DNA of 64,000 nt from Pseudomonadota bacterium (GCA_049324495.1 JBMOOP010000058.1:65275-129274); one strand, 5' to 3'. Positions 1-10,670 are shown, counted from the stretch's first letter. The notes: generated from the sequence alone by a model not told the origin. Numbers and translations are program-made.

Positions 1-86
1 ATGTCGGGATTGTTGCGATAGTCATTGGCCGCCTGCGCGGCAGCGATGCCGGCGAGCAGCCACAGCGTGGCGAGCAACCGATACAT
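1..86 (-). CDS. 5' end of a secreted protein (partial, runs off window)
   Basis: ATG at 86 (minus strand) gives MYRLLATLWLLAGIAAAQAANDYRNNPD, a Sec-type signal peptide, 26 nt downstream of the rodA stop. Only 28 codons are visible, so no product can be assigned. Confidence 0.3.
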   Translation of the reverse strand, partial: MYRLLATLWLLAGIAAAQAANDYRNNPD

Positions 87-112
87 CAGCACAGTTCTGC
101 GTTTTCCGGTCA

Positions 113-1252
113 TCAGCGGCCGTGCCCCATCATTTTCCGGTGGGTGTGTATGGACATGATGATGCCGAACCCGGCCATCAGCGTCACGATCGAGGTGCCG
201 CCGTAACTGACCAGGGGCAGCGGCACGCCCACCACTGGCAGTACGCCGCTCACCATACCGATGTTCACGAACACATAGACGAAGAAGGTGACTGACAATG
301 AAGCCGACAGCAGGCGGCTGAACGTGTCCTGGGCCTGCAGGCTCATCCACAGACAACGGCCGATGATCGCCATGTAGGCGGCCATCAGCAGGATCATGCC
401 GAGTGTGCCGAACTCTTCACCCAGCACCGCGACAATAAAATCGGTCGAGCTTTCCGGCAGAAATTCCAGATGCGATTGGGTGCCGTTGAGCCAGCCCTTG
501 CCGGTGAACCCGCCGGAGCCGATCGCAGCGGTGGACTGAATCACGTTCCAGCCGGCGCCGAGTTTGTCGGCTTCCGGATTGAGGAAGGTCAGCACGCGTT
601 GCCGTTGGTAGTCATGCAGCACGTGTTCGAACAGCACCCAGGCGGTTGGTATGGAAGCGGCGATTGCGCCGATGATCAGACGCCAGCCGATACCCGCGAA
701 GAACACCACCAGCAGGCCCGCAGCAGCGACCAGCAGGGCAGTGCCAAGGTCAGGCTGCTCGGCGATCACCAGCACCGGCACCAGGATGATGACCAGCGCC
801 ATGGCCAGAAGCGTAAGTCGTGGCGGCAGCGGCCGCTCGTGAAAGAACCACGCCAGCATCAGCGGCAGCGCCAGTTTCATGATCTCCGATGGCTGGAAGC
901 GGCCGATGCCCGGTACATCGAGCCAACGCTGTGCGCCTTTGGAAATTTCGCCGAAAAACATCACCGCGAACAGCAACGCGATGCCGACAAGGTAAACCCA
1001 GGGCGCCCAGAAGCGCAGGGTGCGCGGGGCGATGTTGGCGAGCGCGAGCATCACGCCGAACGCGAGCAGCATGCGCAGTGCCTGACGCAGCACGGTGCCA
1101 AAGTTCTGGCCGCTGGCGCTGTAGAGTACGAACAGGCTGAGCAGGCAGAACAGGCCCAGCATGGTCAAAAGCGGCGGATCTATGTGGAAAATCCGCGCCC
1201 AGCGGGCCGAGCCACCGGAACCGCCGGGCATCTGCCGCAGGAAGTCGCTCAT
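113..1252 (-). CDS. rodA: Peptidoglycan glycosyltransferase RodA (SEDS family)
   Basis: 379-aa polytopic membrane ORF with FtsW/RodA/SpoVE-type sequence (GAQRWLDVPGIGRFQPSEIMKLALPLMLA...). It lies immediately downstream of PBP2, as in mrdAB operons. Confidence 0.95.
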   Translation of the reverse strand: MSDFLRQMPGGSGGSARWARIFHIDPPLLTMLGLFCLLSLFVLYSASGQNFGTVLRQALRMLLAFGVMLALANIAPRTLRFWAPWVYLVGIALLFAVMFFGEISKGAQRWLDVPGIGRFQPSEIMKLALPLMLAWFFHERPLPPRLTLLAMALVIILVPVLVIAEQPDLGTALLVAAAGLLVVFFAGIGWRLIIGAIAASIPTAWVLFEHVLHDYQRQRVLTFLNPEADKLGAGWNVIQSTAAIGSGGFTGKGWLNGTQSHLEFLPESSTDFIVAVLGEEFGTLGMILLMAAYMAIIGRCLWMSLQAQDTFSRLLSASLSVTFFVYVFVNIGMVSGVLPVVGVPLPLVSYGGTSIVTLMAGFGIIMSIHTHRKMMGHGR

Positions 1253-1289
1253 CGCAGGAGGCCGCTCATGGTGAGGTACTCATTGTGGG

Positions 1290-3185
1290 TCACTCATCGG
1301 CAGCGGCGGCAGGCGGGGCTTTGCTGTCAACCGGGGCCAGGGGCACAAAGTCGGGTTGTTTGAGCAGCCAGGCATCGGCCACTGCGCGGGCGATCGGGGC
1401 TGCGGCGGTGGATCCGTGCGCGCCATTCTCGACGAGTACCGCGATGGCAATGCGCGGGCTGTCGACCGGCGCGAAGGCGATGAACAGGGCATGGTCGCGA
1501 TGGCGTTCGGCGACTTCCGCCTCGTTGTACTTCGCACCCTGAGCAATGCCGCGCACCTGCGCCGTTCCGGTCTTACCGGCCATGGTGTATTGCAGGCCGC
1601 GGCCCATCATCGATGCCGTACCACCGGGCCGGACCACATCGGCCATCGCGTTGATCACGAGATCCCACCATTGCGGATTTTCGATCGCGATCGAGCGCCG
1701 GCGCGGTGGTGGCGGCAAACGGGAATCGTCGATTTTTTCCACGAACGTCGGCGTGACGCTGAAGCCGCGATTGGCAAGGATAGCGGTTGCCACCGCCAGC
1801 TGCAGCGGCGTCATCAGCATGTAGCCCTGACCGATCACGACACTGATGGTTTCGCCGCCATACCAGGGTTGCTTGAGCGCTTTTCGTTTCCATTCCGGCG
1901 AGGGCAGCACGCCGGGCAGCTCGTTGGGCACGTCGATGCCGGTGCGGCTGCCAAGCCCGAAGCCACCCAGAAAGCCCGCCATTTTATCGATGCCCATGCG
2001 GTGTCCGACCGTATAGAAGAATGTGTCGCAGGATTGCACCACGGCCTTGTGCACGTCGACCATGCCATGCCCGCCTTTTTTCCAGTCGCGGTACTGGTGT
2101 GAATCGCCCGGCAGGCGGAAGAAACCCGGGTCGGAAATCGTGAACGTTGGCGTAACGGTGCCGTAGTGCAGTGCGGCCAGCGCCACCATCGGCTTCACGG
2201 TTGAGCCCGGCGGGTACTGGCCCTGGATTGCGCGGTTGTAAAGCGGACGATCCGGGTGCTCGGCATAGTAACGATAATCGCTACCGGAAATGCCGGTGAC
2301 GAACAGGTTCGGGTCGAAGGCAGGTGTTGATGCAAACGCGAGAATGCCGCCGGTGAGCGGGTCGAGTGCAATCACGGCGCCACGGCGGCCGGCCATGCCG
2401 TCGTACGCTGCCTTCTGCGTGTCGAAATCAAGGTAGAGGCCGAGGTTGCTGCCCGGTTGCGGGTCGATGCGGTCGAGGACGCGCATGATGCGACCATAGG
2501 CGTTGGTTTCCACTTGCTGGTAGCCGACGCGGCCATGCAGCACCGATTCGTACTGACGTTCGACGCCGGTGCGGCCGACGTAGTTGGTGCCGTCGTAGTT
2601 CACCGGATCGAGGAGGTCGAGATCATCTTCGTTGATGCGGTTCACATAACCCAGGCCATGCGCCAGCGTCTCGGTCCAGGGGTAGTAGCGCACCAGTTCG
2701 GTTTCGATACGCACGCCGGGCAAGCGATGACGATTGACGGCAATGATGGCCAGTTCTTCGTCGGTGAGGCGGCCGTGCAGTGGCAGGCTTTCAAGCGGGC
2801 GCGTGCCGTGCGCAATGCGCTCGCGGAAGCGGTTTACTTCCTCAGGAGACAGTTTGAGCAGTGCCTGCAAGGTGTTGATCAATGCCGGCAGGTCGGTCGT
2901 CTGCTCCTTGACGATGTTCAGCGAGAAGCTGGGGCGGTTTTCTGCCAGCACCTTGCCGTTGCGGTCGAGAATCAGGCCGCGGTTGGGGGCGATGGGCGAT
3001 GTCTGGATGCGGTTCTCGTCGGAGATTGTCGAGTAGTGTTCGTAGCGCAGTACCTGCAGATAGAAAGCACGGGCAACGAGGCCGAACAGCAAGACACCCG
3101 CGATCACACTCATCACACCAACGCGCGAACCGTGCAGGCGTATTTCGCGCTGATTATCCTTGAGTTGGGTCGTGGGGCGGGCCAT
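1290..3185 (-). CDS. mrdA: Penicillin-binding protein 2 (elongasome transpeptidase)
   Basis: ORF 1290..3275, with the start moved to ATG 3185 (MARPTTQLKDNQREIRL) because the upstream codons overlap rlmH. It has an N-terminal TM anchor plus SxxK (STVK) and KTG (KTGTA) motifs. Confidence 0.93.
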   Translation of the reverse strand: MARPTTQLKDNQREIRLHGSRVGVMSVIAGVLLFGLVARAFYLQVLRYEHYSTISDENRIQTSPIAPNRGLILDRNGKVLAENRPSFSLNIVKEQTTDLPALINTLQALLKLSPEEVNRFRERIAHGTRPLESLPLHGRLTDEELAIIAVNRHRLPGVRIETELVRYYPWTETLAHGLGYVNRINEDDLDLLDPVNYDGTNYVGRTGVERQYESVLHGRVGYQQVETNAYGRIMRVLDRIDPQPGSNLGLYLDFDTQKAAYDGMAGRRGAVIALDPLTGGILAFASTPAFDPNLFVTGISGSDYRYYAEHPDRPLYNRAIQGQYPPGSTVKPMVALAALHYGTVTPTFTISDPGFFRLPGDSHQYRDWKKGGHGMVDVHKAVVQSCDTFFYTVGHRMGIDKMAGFLGGFGLGSRTGIDVPNELPGVLPSPEWKRKALKQPWYGGETISVVIGQGYMLMTPLQLAVATAILANRGFSVTPTFVEKIDDSRLPPPPRRRSIAIENPQWWDLVINAMADVVRPGGTASMMGRGLQYTMAGKTGTAQVRGIAQGAKYNEAEVAERHRDHALFIAFAPVDSPRIAIAVLVENGAHGSTAAAPIARAVADAWLLKQPDFVPLAPVDSKAPPAAAADE

Positions 3186-3213
3186 GCGTCGGCGCTGTCC
3201 AGGTGGGCGAAAA

Positions 3214-3681
3214 TCAGCGGTGGTAGGGGTGGCCGCGCAGCAGCGACCAGCAGCGATAGACTTGCTCGGCGACAACGATACGTACCAGCGGATGCGGCAG
3301 GGTCAGTGGCGACAGCGACCAGCGTTCCTGCGCGCGTGCCAGGGCGCAATCGGCGAGGCCGTCGGGGCCGCCGACCAGCAGGGCGATGTCCCGCCCTTCC
3401 GGCAGCGTGCGGCGCAATTCCCCGGCCAGACTTGCGGTGCTATGGGCCTTGCCGCATACGTCGAGGGCCACGACGCGATCGTCGCTGCGCAATACGGCCA
3501 GCATGCGTTCGCCCTCGGCTTCCTTCACCCGCGCCAGATCGCTGGTTTTCATGCGTTTGCCGGCGGAAATTTCCACCAGCTCGAGGCGAATATCATCCGC
3601 CAGGCGCTTTGCATACTCAGCGAATCCTTCGTTGACCCAGCCGGGCATGCGCTCGCCGACGGCGACGAGTCGCAGTTTCAT
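3214..3681 (-). CDS. rlmH: 23S rRNA (pseudouridine1915-N3)-methyltransferase RlmH
   Basis: 155-aa SPOUT-family ORF (MKLRLVAVGERMPGWVNEGFAEYAKRL...). It sits in the conserved rsfS-rlmH-mrdA position. Confidence 0.93.
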   Translation of the reverse strand: MKLRLVAVGERMPGWVNEGFAEYAKRLADDIRLELVEISAGKRMKTSDLARVKEAEGERMLAVLRSDDRVVALDVCGKAHSTASLAGELRRTLPEGRDIALLVGGPDGLADCALARAQERWSLSPLTLPHPLVRIVVAEQVYRCWSLLRGHPYHR

Positions 3682-3694
3682 GCGTGCAGAGCCT

Positions 3695-4069
3695 TCACGA
3701 TTCGTTACCGTGCCGTTCCCCGCCGAGGCGATCGGCAGCGGCCCGCGGGCCGACCGACCACAGGCGTTCGAGGTCGTAATACTGCCGTGTGGCCGGCGTC
3801 ATCACGTGGACGATAACGTCGCCGATATCGACCAGCACCCAGTCGGTCTGGGCATCGCCTTCGATGCCCAGCGGCCGCACGCCGGCTTCTTTGACGCGCT
3901 CGATGACGCGGTCGGCGATCGATTTCACATGGCGGGACGAAGTACCGCTGGCGATCACGATCCGATCAGCAATGCTGGTCATCCCGCCCACGTCCAGTGT
4001 CACGATGTTCTGCGCCTTGATGTCTTCAAGGGCGGCTTTCACCAGGGTGGCAAGTTGATCGGCATTCAT
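3695..4069 (-). CDS. rsfS: Ribosome silencing factor RsfS (iojap family)
   Basis: 124-aa ORF with typical RsfS sequence ([40 protein letters not shown]...[14 protein letters not shown]). Confidence 0.93.
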   Translation of the reverse strand: MNADQLATLVKAALEDIKAQNIVTLDVGGMTSIADRIVIASGTSSRHVKSIADRVIERVKEAGVRPLGIEGDAQTDWVLVDIGDVIVHVMTPATRQYYDLERLWSVGPRAAADRLGGERHGNES

Positions 4070-4105
4070 TCGGGTCGTGTCGCTCCGTATGCGGGATTCG
4101 GGTGG

Positions 4106-4789
4106 TTACTGCGGTCGGTAAAGGGCGTGGTGTTCGATGTAGGCACACACCGTGGCGGGGACGCCGTTGGGGTGCCGTCCTGCCGCGAAGGCCGCGCGAA
4201 TGGCCGTTGATGCCATGTTAGCAGCGGTCGTGGCCTCGATCAGTATGCGGCCGCCCGGGCTGCTGCGCAGCGCCTCGGGGTCGCCCGTAAGGTGTGCGGC
4301 CAACTCGCCGAGCTCGCGCGCGGTCGGCATGCCCTGGCCGGGGCGGGTGCAGGCGACGAGATGAGCCTGCGCGAGGATGTCCTGCCAGCGCCGCCAACGG
4401 GTGAACTGACGCAGCGAGTCCATGCCCAGCACCAGCACGATGGGCGTACCGGCCGGCAATTCGCTGCGCAGCTCCCCGATTGTATCGATGGTCCAGCTCG
4501 GGCCGTCGCGCGCTAACTCACGGGTGTCGATGGCGAAACCGCGTTCGTGGGCGATGGCGATCCGCAGCATGGCCAGCCGGTGCAGCCCGGAGGCCTGCGG
4601 GTCGTCGCGATGTACCGGATTGCCGGCGGGCAGGAAGTGAACGGTTGTACCAAGGAGCGCGCGGACCGCACGCGCAACGGCGAGATGGCCGTCGTGCACG
4701 GGATTGAAACTGCCGCCGAACACGACATGCGGCCCGCGTGCCGCCAAGCCATCCACGGCTGCTTGTTTTTCAGCAGCGATTTGTTTCAC
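4106..4789 (-). CDS. nadD: Nicotinate-nucleotide adenylyltransferase NadD
   Basis: C-terminal 228 codons of ORF 4106..5293, containing [12 protein letters not shown] (the (H/T)xGH nucleotidyltransferase motif). GTG 4789 overlaps the proA stop (GTGA). The upstream part of the ORF is antisense to proA and was discarded. Confidence 0.88.
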   Translation of the reverse strand: MKQIAAEKQAAVDGLAARGPHVVFGGSFNPVHDGHLAVARAVRALLGTTVHFLPAGNPVHRDDPQASGLHRLAMLRIAIAHERGFAIDTRELARDGPSWTIDTIGELRSELPAGTPIVLVLGMDSLRQFTRWRRWQDILAQAHLVACTRPGQGMPTARELGELAAHLTGDPEALRSSPGGRILIEATTAANMASTAIRAAFAAGRHPNGVPATVCAYIEHHALYRPQ

Positions 4790-6054
4790 GAACGGACGTG
4801 CCCGTCGCCGAGCACAATGTATTTCTGGCAGGTGAGTCCTTCGAGGCCGACCGGTCCGCGCGCGTGGAACTTGTCGGTAGAGATGCCGATCTCGGCGCCG
4901 AGGCCATACTCGAAGCCATCGGCAAAACGCGTGGACGCATTCACCATCACCGAACTTGAGTCCACTTCGGTGAGGAATCGACGCGCCAGGGTGTAATCCT
5001 CGGTAACGATGCTGTCGGTGTGGTGCGAACCGTACTGGCCGATGTGCGTGATTGCCGCGTCGATGGAGTCGACGACCTTTATCGCAAGAATCGGCGCGAG
5101 GTATTCGGTCGTCCAGTCTTCTTCGGTGGCTGCTTGCACCTGCGCACCGAGAATGGCGCGGGTGCGTTCGCAACCGCGCAGCTCCACCTGCGCCTGGTCG
5201 TAGCGTATTTTCAGGCGTGGCAGGATCAGTGCGGCAACGTCGGCGTGCACCAGCAGCGTTTCCATCGCGTTGCAGACACCGTAACGGTGGCACTTGGCAT
5301 TGACGGCGATGCGTTCGGCTTTGTCGGGATCGGCGCGCGCATCAATGTAGACGTGGCAATTGCCATCGAGGTGCTTGATGACAGGCACTTTCGCTTCGGC
5401 GCTGACGCGTTCGATCAGGCTCTTGCCGCCGCGCGGGATGATCACGTCCACATACTCGGGCATCGCCACCAGCATGCCGACCGCTGCGCGGTCGGTGGTA
5501 TCGACGACCTGCACTACCTCTTTGGGCAGCCCGGCCTGCGCGAGGCCCGCGCGAATGCAGGCAGCGAGTGCGCGGTTGCTGTGAATCGATTCGGAGCCGC
5601 CGCGCAGGATTGTCGCGTTGCCGGATTTGAGGCACAGGCTCGCCGCCTCAATCGTCACGTTCGGGCGCGATTCGTAAATCATGCCGACGACGCCCAACGG
5701 CACGCGCATACGGCCCACCTGGATGCCGCTGGGCCGATAGCACAGCCCGGTGATCTCCCCGATCAGGTCGGGCAGGCCCGCCACCTGGGCGAGGCCTTCG
5801 AGCATGCCGTCGATGCGGGCGTCGGTCAGCCTGAGGCGATCGACCATGGCGTCGTCGAGCCCGGCGGCGCGACCGGCCGCCACGTCCTGCGCATTGGCGG
5901 CGAGGATCTCGGTGCGGGCCGCACGGATGGCGTCGGCAGTGGCAGCCAGCGCCGCGTTCTTTGCGGCCGTTGGTGCCCGGGCGGCCTCGCGGGCGGCGCG
6001 GCGGGCGGCAATGCCAAGGGCGGTCATGTAGGACCGGATGTCCTGGACTGTCAT
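4786..6054 (-). CDS. proA: Gamma-glutamyl phosphate reductase ProA
   Basis: 422-aa aldehyde-dehydrogenase-fold ORF with ProA-type sequence along its full length ([24 protein letters not shown]..., [15 protein letters not shown]). Confidence 0.95.
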   Translation of the reverse strand: MTVQDIRSYMTALGIAARRAAREAARAPTAAKNAALAATADAIRAARTEILAANAQDVAAGRAAGLDDAMVDRLRLTDARIDGMLEGLAQVAGLPDLIGEITGLCYRPSGIQVGRMRVPLGVVGMIYESRPNVTIEAASLCLKSGNATILRGGSESIHSNRALAACIRAGLAQAGLPKEVVQVVDTTDRAAVGMLVAMPEYVDVIIPRGGKSLIERVSAEAKVPVIKHLDGNCHVYIDARADPDKAERIAVNAKCHRYGVCNAMETLLVHADVAALILPRLKIRYDQAQVELRGCERTRAILGAQVQAATEEDWTTEYLAPILAIKVVDSIDAAITHIGQYGSHHTDSIVTEDYTLARRFLTEVDSSSVMVNASTRFADGFEYGLGAEIGISTDKFHARGPVGLEGLTCQKYIVLGDGHVRS

Positions 6055-6399
6055 GGGTGCGAAAACCGGGAATGGGCCGAGGCGGCGATTATAGCCCGCG
6101 ATACTCCGCCGACCGTGCGGGCAGCGGGTTACATCGCATCAACAAACCTCGCACCAATTTGCGACGAAGGCGGTTTTGCCAGCGATGTGCCACTTGAGTT
6201 CCGCCGGCAGTGCCCAGCGCGTGCGGCCAGCTGCTTGTATTTTAAGGAGTATTTTATTCGCTTGGTGGCGGCCATTGCGGGCTCGCCGCCAGGCTGCGGG
6301 CCGACCTGTTGTCCACCCATGGCGTCCACCCGGCGTGCGGCAATATTGGGCAGGCGAAACAATCGGCTAGGATGTCCCTCTCGGTGCCAGTCAAAGAAT

Positions 6400-7704
6400 A
6401 TGCATATGAGCATGATGTACCAGTGCTATGACCGTACGGCACTCAAGGCGGAACCCGGCCGGCATTATGTCGGTAAATGGCGGATTGATTACATCGCGTT
6501 CTCGTTGCCGGAAAATGCGCACAAGGTGCCGCTGGTGGTGCTGGGCGGTGCATTCCAGAACTTCAACTCGTACAAGTTCTGTGTTGAGCGTATCCAGGTC
6601 GATTTCCCCGTCATCCTGGTAGATATGCCTTCGCTGGGCAACAACGATCAGCTTGCCCCCGAACTGGGCATGGAAGACCTCGCTGATCTGCTGCATGAGT
6701 TTGTCGTACAGATGGGGTTGCCGAAGGTGTCGTTGATGGGGCTGTCGCTCGGTTCCGTCATCGCCAGCACCTTTGCCTACAAGCATCCGCGGCTTGCCGA
6801 AAAACTGATTGTTGCCGGCATCATCCCGAAGCCGCGCAAGGCGTGGCGGATGCTGCTGGAAGAGTCGGTGCGCGTACTCGACGAGCAGCGCATGCAGGAA
6901 TTCGGTCAGGCGGTGGTGTTGTATCTGGTCAACTACGGCAAGCTTGAGGAAACCGGCATCACCTCGACCGCGCGCCGCTTGTTCCAGCGGCAGATGGCCC
7001 ATTTTTCCGAAAACGAGCAGGCACGCTATCGCATCAATGCGGCGCGCCTGCTGGAAGTGGAAGGGATACTCGGCTACCCGAAATGCGAAACGCTGGTGAC
7101 CACCGGCGAATACGACAGTTTCACGTTGCCACACGAGAACGGTGCCTTTGCTGCCAAGTGCCCGAACGGTAGATTTGTTTTGATCGAGGGTGCGGACCAT
7201 CTGCCGCAACTGGAAAGGCGTGATGAGTCGTTGGAACTTTTTTCGGCGTTTCTGCGCGGCGCGCCGCTGGATCAGGTTGCCGGAGTGCGGGTGCTGTCGA
7301 AACACGATATCGGCGCGCTTGAGCGCCGGGCGCATCTGCGCCTGGTGCCATGCAATTCAATCGGACATGTCACCAGCGAGTCGAAAATCGGCGATGCCTT
7401 CCGTTTCGACCAACCGGTACGTATTGTCGACATCAGCTTTTTTGGCTGCTGTCTGGAATTGCAGGCACCGGTACATTCGCTTGCCGAACATACCCGGGAT
7501 CTGACGCTGTATCTGGAGTCGCCGATGTTCACCCGTGATCTGCTGGTGTTCGATTACAACGAGCAGGGGTTGATGCGCTGCATTTTCAAGCACGGCAACA
7601 TTGCGCTGGCCGAGGAATTTGCCGGGCTGCTGAAGAATCCGGCCTTCTTTATCCGCAAGCCGGTCAGCGAAGCCGATCGGCTTGCGGTGCGGCGCATCTA
7701 CTGA
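6400..7704 (+). CDS. Alpha/beta-hydrolase fused to a C-terminal PilZ (c-di-GMP-binding) domain
   Basis: ATG 6400 lies inside the 894-aa ORF 5020..7704, whose upstream part is antisense to proA. The hydrolase part has the nucleophile elbow GLSLG (aa 114-118) and GADHLP. The C-terminal part has RRAHLR (RxxxR, nt 7327-7341) and, 29 aa later, DISFFG (DxSxxG, nt 7429-7446). Confidence 0.8.
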   Translation: MHMSMMYQCYDRTALKAEPGRHYVGKWRIDYIAFSLPENAHKVPLVVLGGAFQNFNSYKFCVERIQVDFPVILVDMPSLGNNDQLAPELGMEDLADLLHEFVVQMGLPKVSLMGLSLGSVIASTFAYKHPRLAEKLIVAGIIPKPRKAWRMLLEESVRVLDEQRMQEFGQAVVLYLVNYGKLEETGITSTARRLFQRQMAHFSENEQARYRINAARLLEVEGILGYPKCETLVTTGEYDSFTLPHENGAFAAKCPNGRFVLIEGADHLPQLERRDESLELFSAFLRGAPLDQVAGVRVLSKHDIGALERRAHLRLVPCNSIGHVTSESKIGDAFRFDQPVRIVDISFFGCCLELQAPVHSLAEHTRDLTLYLESPMFTRDLLVFDYNEQGLMRCIFKHGNIALAEEFAGLLKNPAFFIRKPVSEADRLAVRRIY

Positions 7705-7786
7705 TTGATCGCGATCCGGGCTAGACTGCGCGCCCTCACAGTGTCGGGTGATCCGTCAGGAAGCAGGCTGCCATGAAGCACGCCCC

Positions 7787-9073
7787 ATGAAGCATTGCTA
7801 CGCCCATTCCGACCAGGCGATTGACCTGTATCGTGCCTGGCTGGCAGGCGATCCGCCCTGGCAACTCGACCGCTTTCTTGCCCAGGCCATGAAGGAAGAT
7901 CGGCGTCTGGGCCGCCGTGACCGGCAGGCCCTTTCCGAGGCGGTGTTTGCCGTCACCCGTTTTGCATCCCTCGCTCGCGCCGTGCTGACGCTGGCTGCGC
8001 GCGGTGCGCTGCCGGACGATTGCGCCGATTTGCCGGCGTTGCGTGAGTTGCCGCTCGATCGCACGCTGGCGATCGTCATTGCGCGCTACGGGCGCGAAGC
8101 GTGGCCGTTGCGCGGCATCGACAAATACTCGCTGGGCGAAAAACTTGGGTTGGCGTTTTCGGAAATTGCAGCGCGTGCCGAACACGAATTGCCGTATTTC
8201 CTCGCCTGGCATGGCATTGATCCGGCATGGGAGCCGGTGTTGCGTGCCCGCGCCATCGCCAGCGGCTGGGATGAGGCGGTATTGCGTGAGTTCGTGGCGC
8301 AGCAGGACACGCGGCCGCCCATGTGGCTACGCCTCAATCGACCGGAGAAGCGTGAGCAGGTGCTCAACGAGTTGTCGGTTGATTACGACGTCGATTACGA
8401 AGGCGATGCGCTGGCGGTGATCGGGCCGCGCGGCATATACGATCTCAAGTGCTGGCAGGAAGGCGATATCGAAATCCAGGATTTCGCCAGCCAGCAGGTA
8501 GGCCAGGCAATGGCGCCGAAACCGGGCGAAACCCTGTGGGATGCCTGTGCCGGCGGTGGCGGCAAGACGCTGCAGCTTGCGGCGCTGATGAAAGGCCGCG
8601 GCGCGGTACATGCATCTGACATTCGCGTGAAAATGCTTGATGAAGTGGCGCGCCGGGCGAAACGTGCCGGCTTCCACAACGTGCGCACGTTTGCCTGGCA
8701 AGGCGAGGTGCCGCCGGAGCTGCCGCGCGAAACACAAAAGCGCGGCGGCTACGATGCGGTACTCGTTGATGCGCCCTGTACGGCAAGCGGTACCTGGCGG
8801 CGCAACCCGGATGCGCGTTACCGCTACGCGAGTCTGGGCGATCGCTCGCTGTTGGCGCTGCAACTGCGCCTGTTATCGGTTGCTGCGCAGGTGGTGCGGC
8901 CGGGTGGCCGGCTGGTTTATGGCACGTGCAGCATCCGTGTCGAGGAGAACGAAGATGTTGTGGCGGGTTTTCTGGCTGCGCACCCGGGCTTCACGCGGGT
9001 GCGCCAGGGTATCCACGGCTGCCCGCAGCGTGATGCCGATGCGATGTTCGTGGCGTTGATGACGCGCAGCTGA
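7787..9073 (+). CDS. RsmB/NOL1/NOP2/Sun-family RNA m5C methyltransferase
   Basis: SAM-binding block DACAGGGGKT, catalytic blocks DAPCTASGTWRRNPD and YGTCS, and a NusB-like N-terminal region. The start could be GTG 7748 or ATG 7787. Confidence 0.85.
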   Translation: MKHCYAHSDQAIDLYRAWLAGDPPWQLDRFLAQAMKEDRRLGRRDRQALSEAVFAVTRFASLARAVLTLAARGALPDDCADLPALRELPLDRTLAIVIARYGREAWPLRGIDKYSLGEKLGLAFSEIAARAEHELPYFLAWHGIDPAWEPVLRARAIASGWDEAVLREFVAQQDTRPPMWLRLNRPEKREQVLNELSVDYDVDYEGDALAVIGPRGIYDLKCWQEGDIEIQDFASQQVGQAMAPKPGETLWDACAGGGGKTLQLAALMKGRGAVHASDIRVKMLDEVARRAKRAGFHNVRTFAWQGEVPPELPRETQKRGGYDAVLVDAPCTASGTWRRNPDARYRYASLGDRSLLALQLRLLSVAAQVVRPGGRLVYGTCSIRVEENEDVVAGFLAAHPGFTRVRQGIHGCPQRDADAMFVALMTRS

Positions 9074-9946
9074 TCAGCTGCGCGCTGCGAGTATCCGCAC
9101 AAACGAGTCGCCGCGTGTTTCCGGTATTGCCAGCTGGCCATAGTAATGGCGTGGATTGTGTGCGGTGGCCTGCCGGAAACCGAGTGCATGGAAGTGCGCC
9201 TCCATTTCTTCGTCGCTGCTGAAATGAAAACTGACGTTGCTGCGCGAGGCGGCACCCAGCGTATCGCCGAGTACTTTCAGCAGCAGCCGGAAAGGATGGC
9301 GATTGAGTAGAGGGTAGTTGTCCATCAGATAAATGCCGGCCGGGAATTTTTCCAGCGCACTGTGCAATCTTCCCCAAAAGCCGCTGATCGTTTCAAGGTT
9401 GAAATAATTCACCAGCCCTTCGGTTACCACCAGTAACGGTTTCGTCGTATCAAATTCGCGTGCGATCACATTTTCGAGGCTTTCCGGCCCTTCGACGAGA
9501 ATGTTGCATGTCACCACTTTGTGGCGTGTCGAGAGTGCATTCGCTTCGCGCAGCAGCTCTTTTTTCCGGCGCGCCATGTCGGGCAGGTCGGCTTCGACGT
9601 ATTTCAACTGCGGGAAGCGTTCCGTGAAGCGCCAGCCGCGTGGCGAAAGCCCGCAAGCGATCTCCAGTATCTGGGTGACGCCATCGTGGGTGATCGCCTC
9701 TTCAATGAGATGGTCGATGAGGAAATGGCGCTGTAGCAGGAAGTCCTTGATGTTGCCGCCGACGAGTTGTCGGCCGATGGCTTCGAACGGCCACAGCAGC
9801 GCGAAGTACAGCTCGCCCTGGCGGGTACGGAATGGCGGCGCTGACAGGCCGTTGTGGTACCAGATGTAACCGGTGTAATGCGCGGTGAAGCTGATGCTCG
9901 ACGTATCGGTCTTGTCTTTGCGCAAGAAATTGCGGAACAGGCCCAT
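9074..9946 (-). CDS. Class I SAM-dependent methyltransferase (leucine-carboxyl-MTase-like)
   Basis: ORF 9074..9973 with the start taken at ATG 9946 (MGLFRNFL). It has the motif-I-like block ILEIACGLSPRG followed by YVEADLPDM. Confidence 0.7.
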   Translation of the reverse strand: MGLFRNFLRKDKTDTSSISFTAHYTGYIWYHNGLSAPPFRTRQGELYFALLWPFEAIGRQLVGGNIKDFLLQRHFLIDHLIEEAITHDGVTQILEIACGLSPRGWRFTERFPQLKYVEADLPDMARRKKELLREANALSTRHKVVTCNILVEGPESLENVIAREFDTTKPLLVVTEGLVNYFNLETISGFWGRLHSALEKFPAGIYLMDNYPLLNRHPFRLLLKVLGDTLGAASRSNVSFHFSSDEEMEAHFHALGFRQATAHNPRHYYGQLAIPETRGDSFVRILAARS

Positions 9947-10078
9947 TGCGTGGCACTCCGTGGTTGCGGTCAAGCGTTGCGGTTGAACAATGACGCGTGG
10001 CTATATTGCGGTGCGCTGCGGCCACTGGCAATGTCACTTGTACGCCATACCGGTGTGAGGCAACGACAGGATCAGGCC

Positions 10079-10651
10079 ATGAATGAGCGCATCGAGTTTT
10101 TCTACGACGTCGGCAGCCCGTACAGCTACCTGGCGGCCATGCAGATGGACGGACTCGCCGTTGATACCGGCCTGCCGGTGGTCTGGCGCCCCATTTTGCT
10201 CGGTGGCGTGTTCAAGGGCAGTGGTAATCAGGCGCCAATTTCCGTGCCTTCGCGCGGGCCATACCTTGCCCGGGACCTGCTGCGTTGCAGTCAACAGTTG
10301 GGCATTGCGTTTCGCATGCCGTCGCGCTTTCCGCTCAATACGCTGCTGCCCATGCGCTTGCTGTGCGGCATGCCTGAAGCCGAGCTGCCGGATGCGTCGT
10401 TGCGCTTGTTCCGTGCCTACTGGTTCGATGACATGGATATCTCTTCACCGGAAGTGCTGGCCGGCCTGTTCGGTGCGGCCGCCGTGGCGCGGACCAGCGA
10501 TGAGGCGATGAAGAAAAAACTGAAGGACAGCAGTGAGGAGGTGGTGCGTCGCGGCGCGTTTGGTGCGCCAACGATGTTCATCGGCGCTGAAATGTTTTTC
10601 GGCGCGGATCGTATCGGGCAATTGCGTTGGTGGTTGGCGAACAGAAAGTGA
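10079..10651 (+). CDS. 2-hydroxychromene-2-carboxylate isomerase family protein (DsbA-like thioredoxin fold)
   Basis: ATG 10079 (MNERIEFFYDVGSPYSYLA...), ending GAFGAPTMFIGAEMFFGADRIGQL. Both termini are typical of this family. Confidence 0.82.
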   Translation: MNERIEFFYDVGSPYSYLAAMQMDGLAVDTGLPVVWRPILLGGVFKGSGNQAPISVPSRGPYLARDLLRCSQQLGIAFRMPSRFPLNTLLPMRLLCGMPEAELPDASLRLFRAYWFDDMDISSPEVLAGLFGAAAVARTSDEAMKKKLKDSSEEVVRRGAFGAPTMFIGAEMFFGADRIGQLRWWLANRK

Positions 10652-10670
10652 GTCTGGTTGCTGGCTGCGT

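Noticed and set aside
5020-6399. N-terminal 460 codons of the 894-aa ORF 5020..7704
   Set aside because: They are entirely antisense to proA (4786-6054) plus its upstream region. The translation is Arg/Ala/Gly-rich with no recognisable motif, as expected for a GC-rich shadow frame. The real gene starts at ATG 6400.
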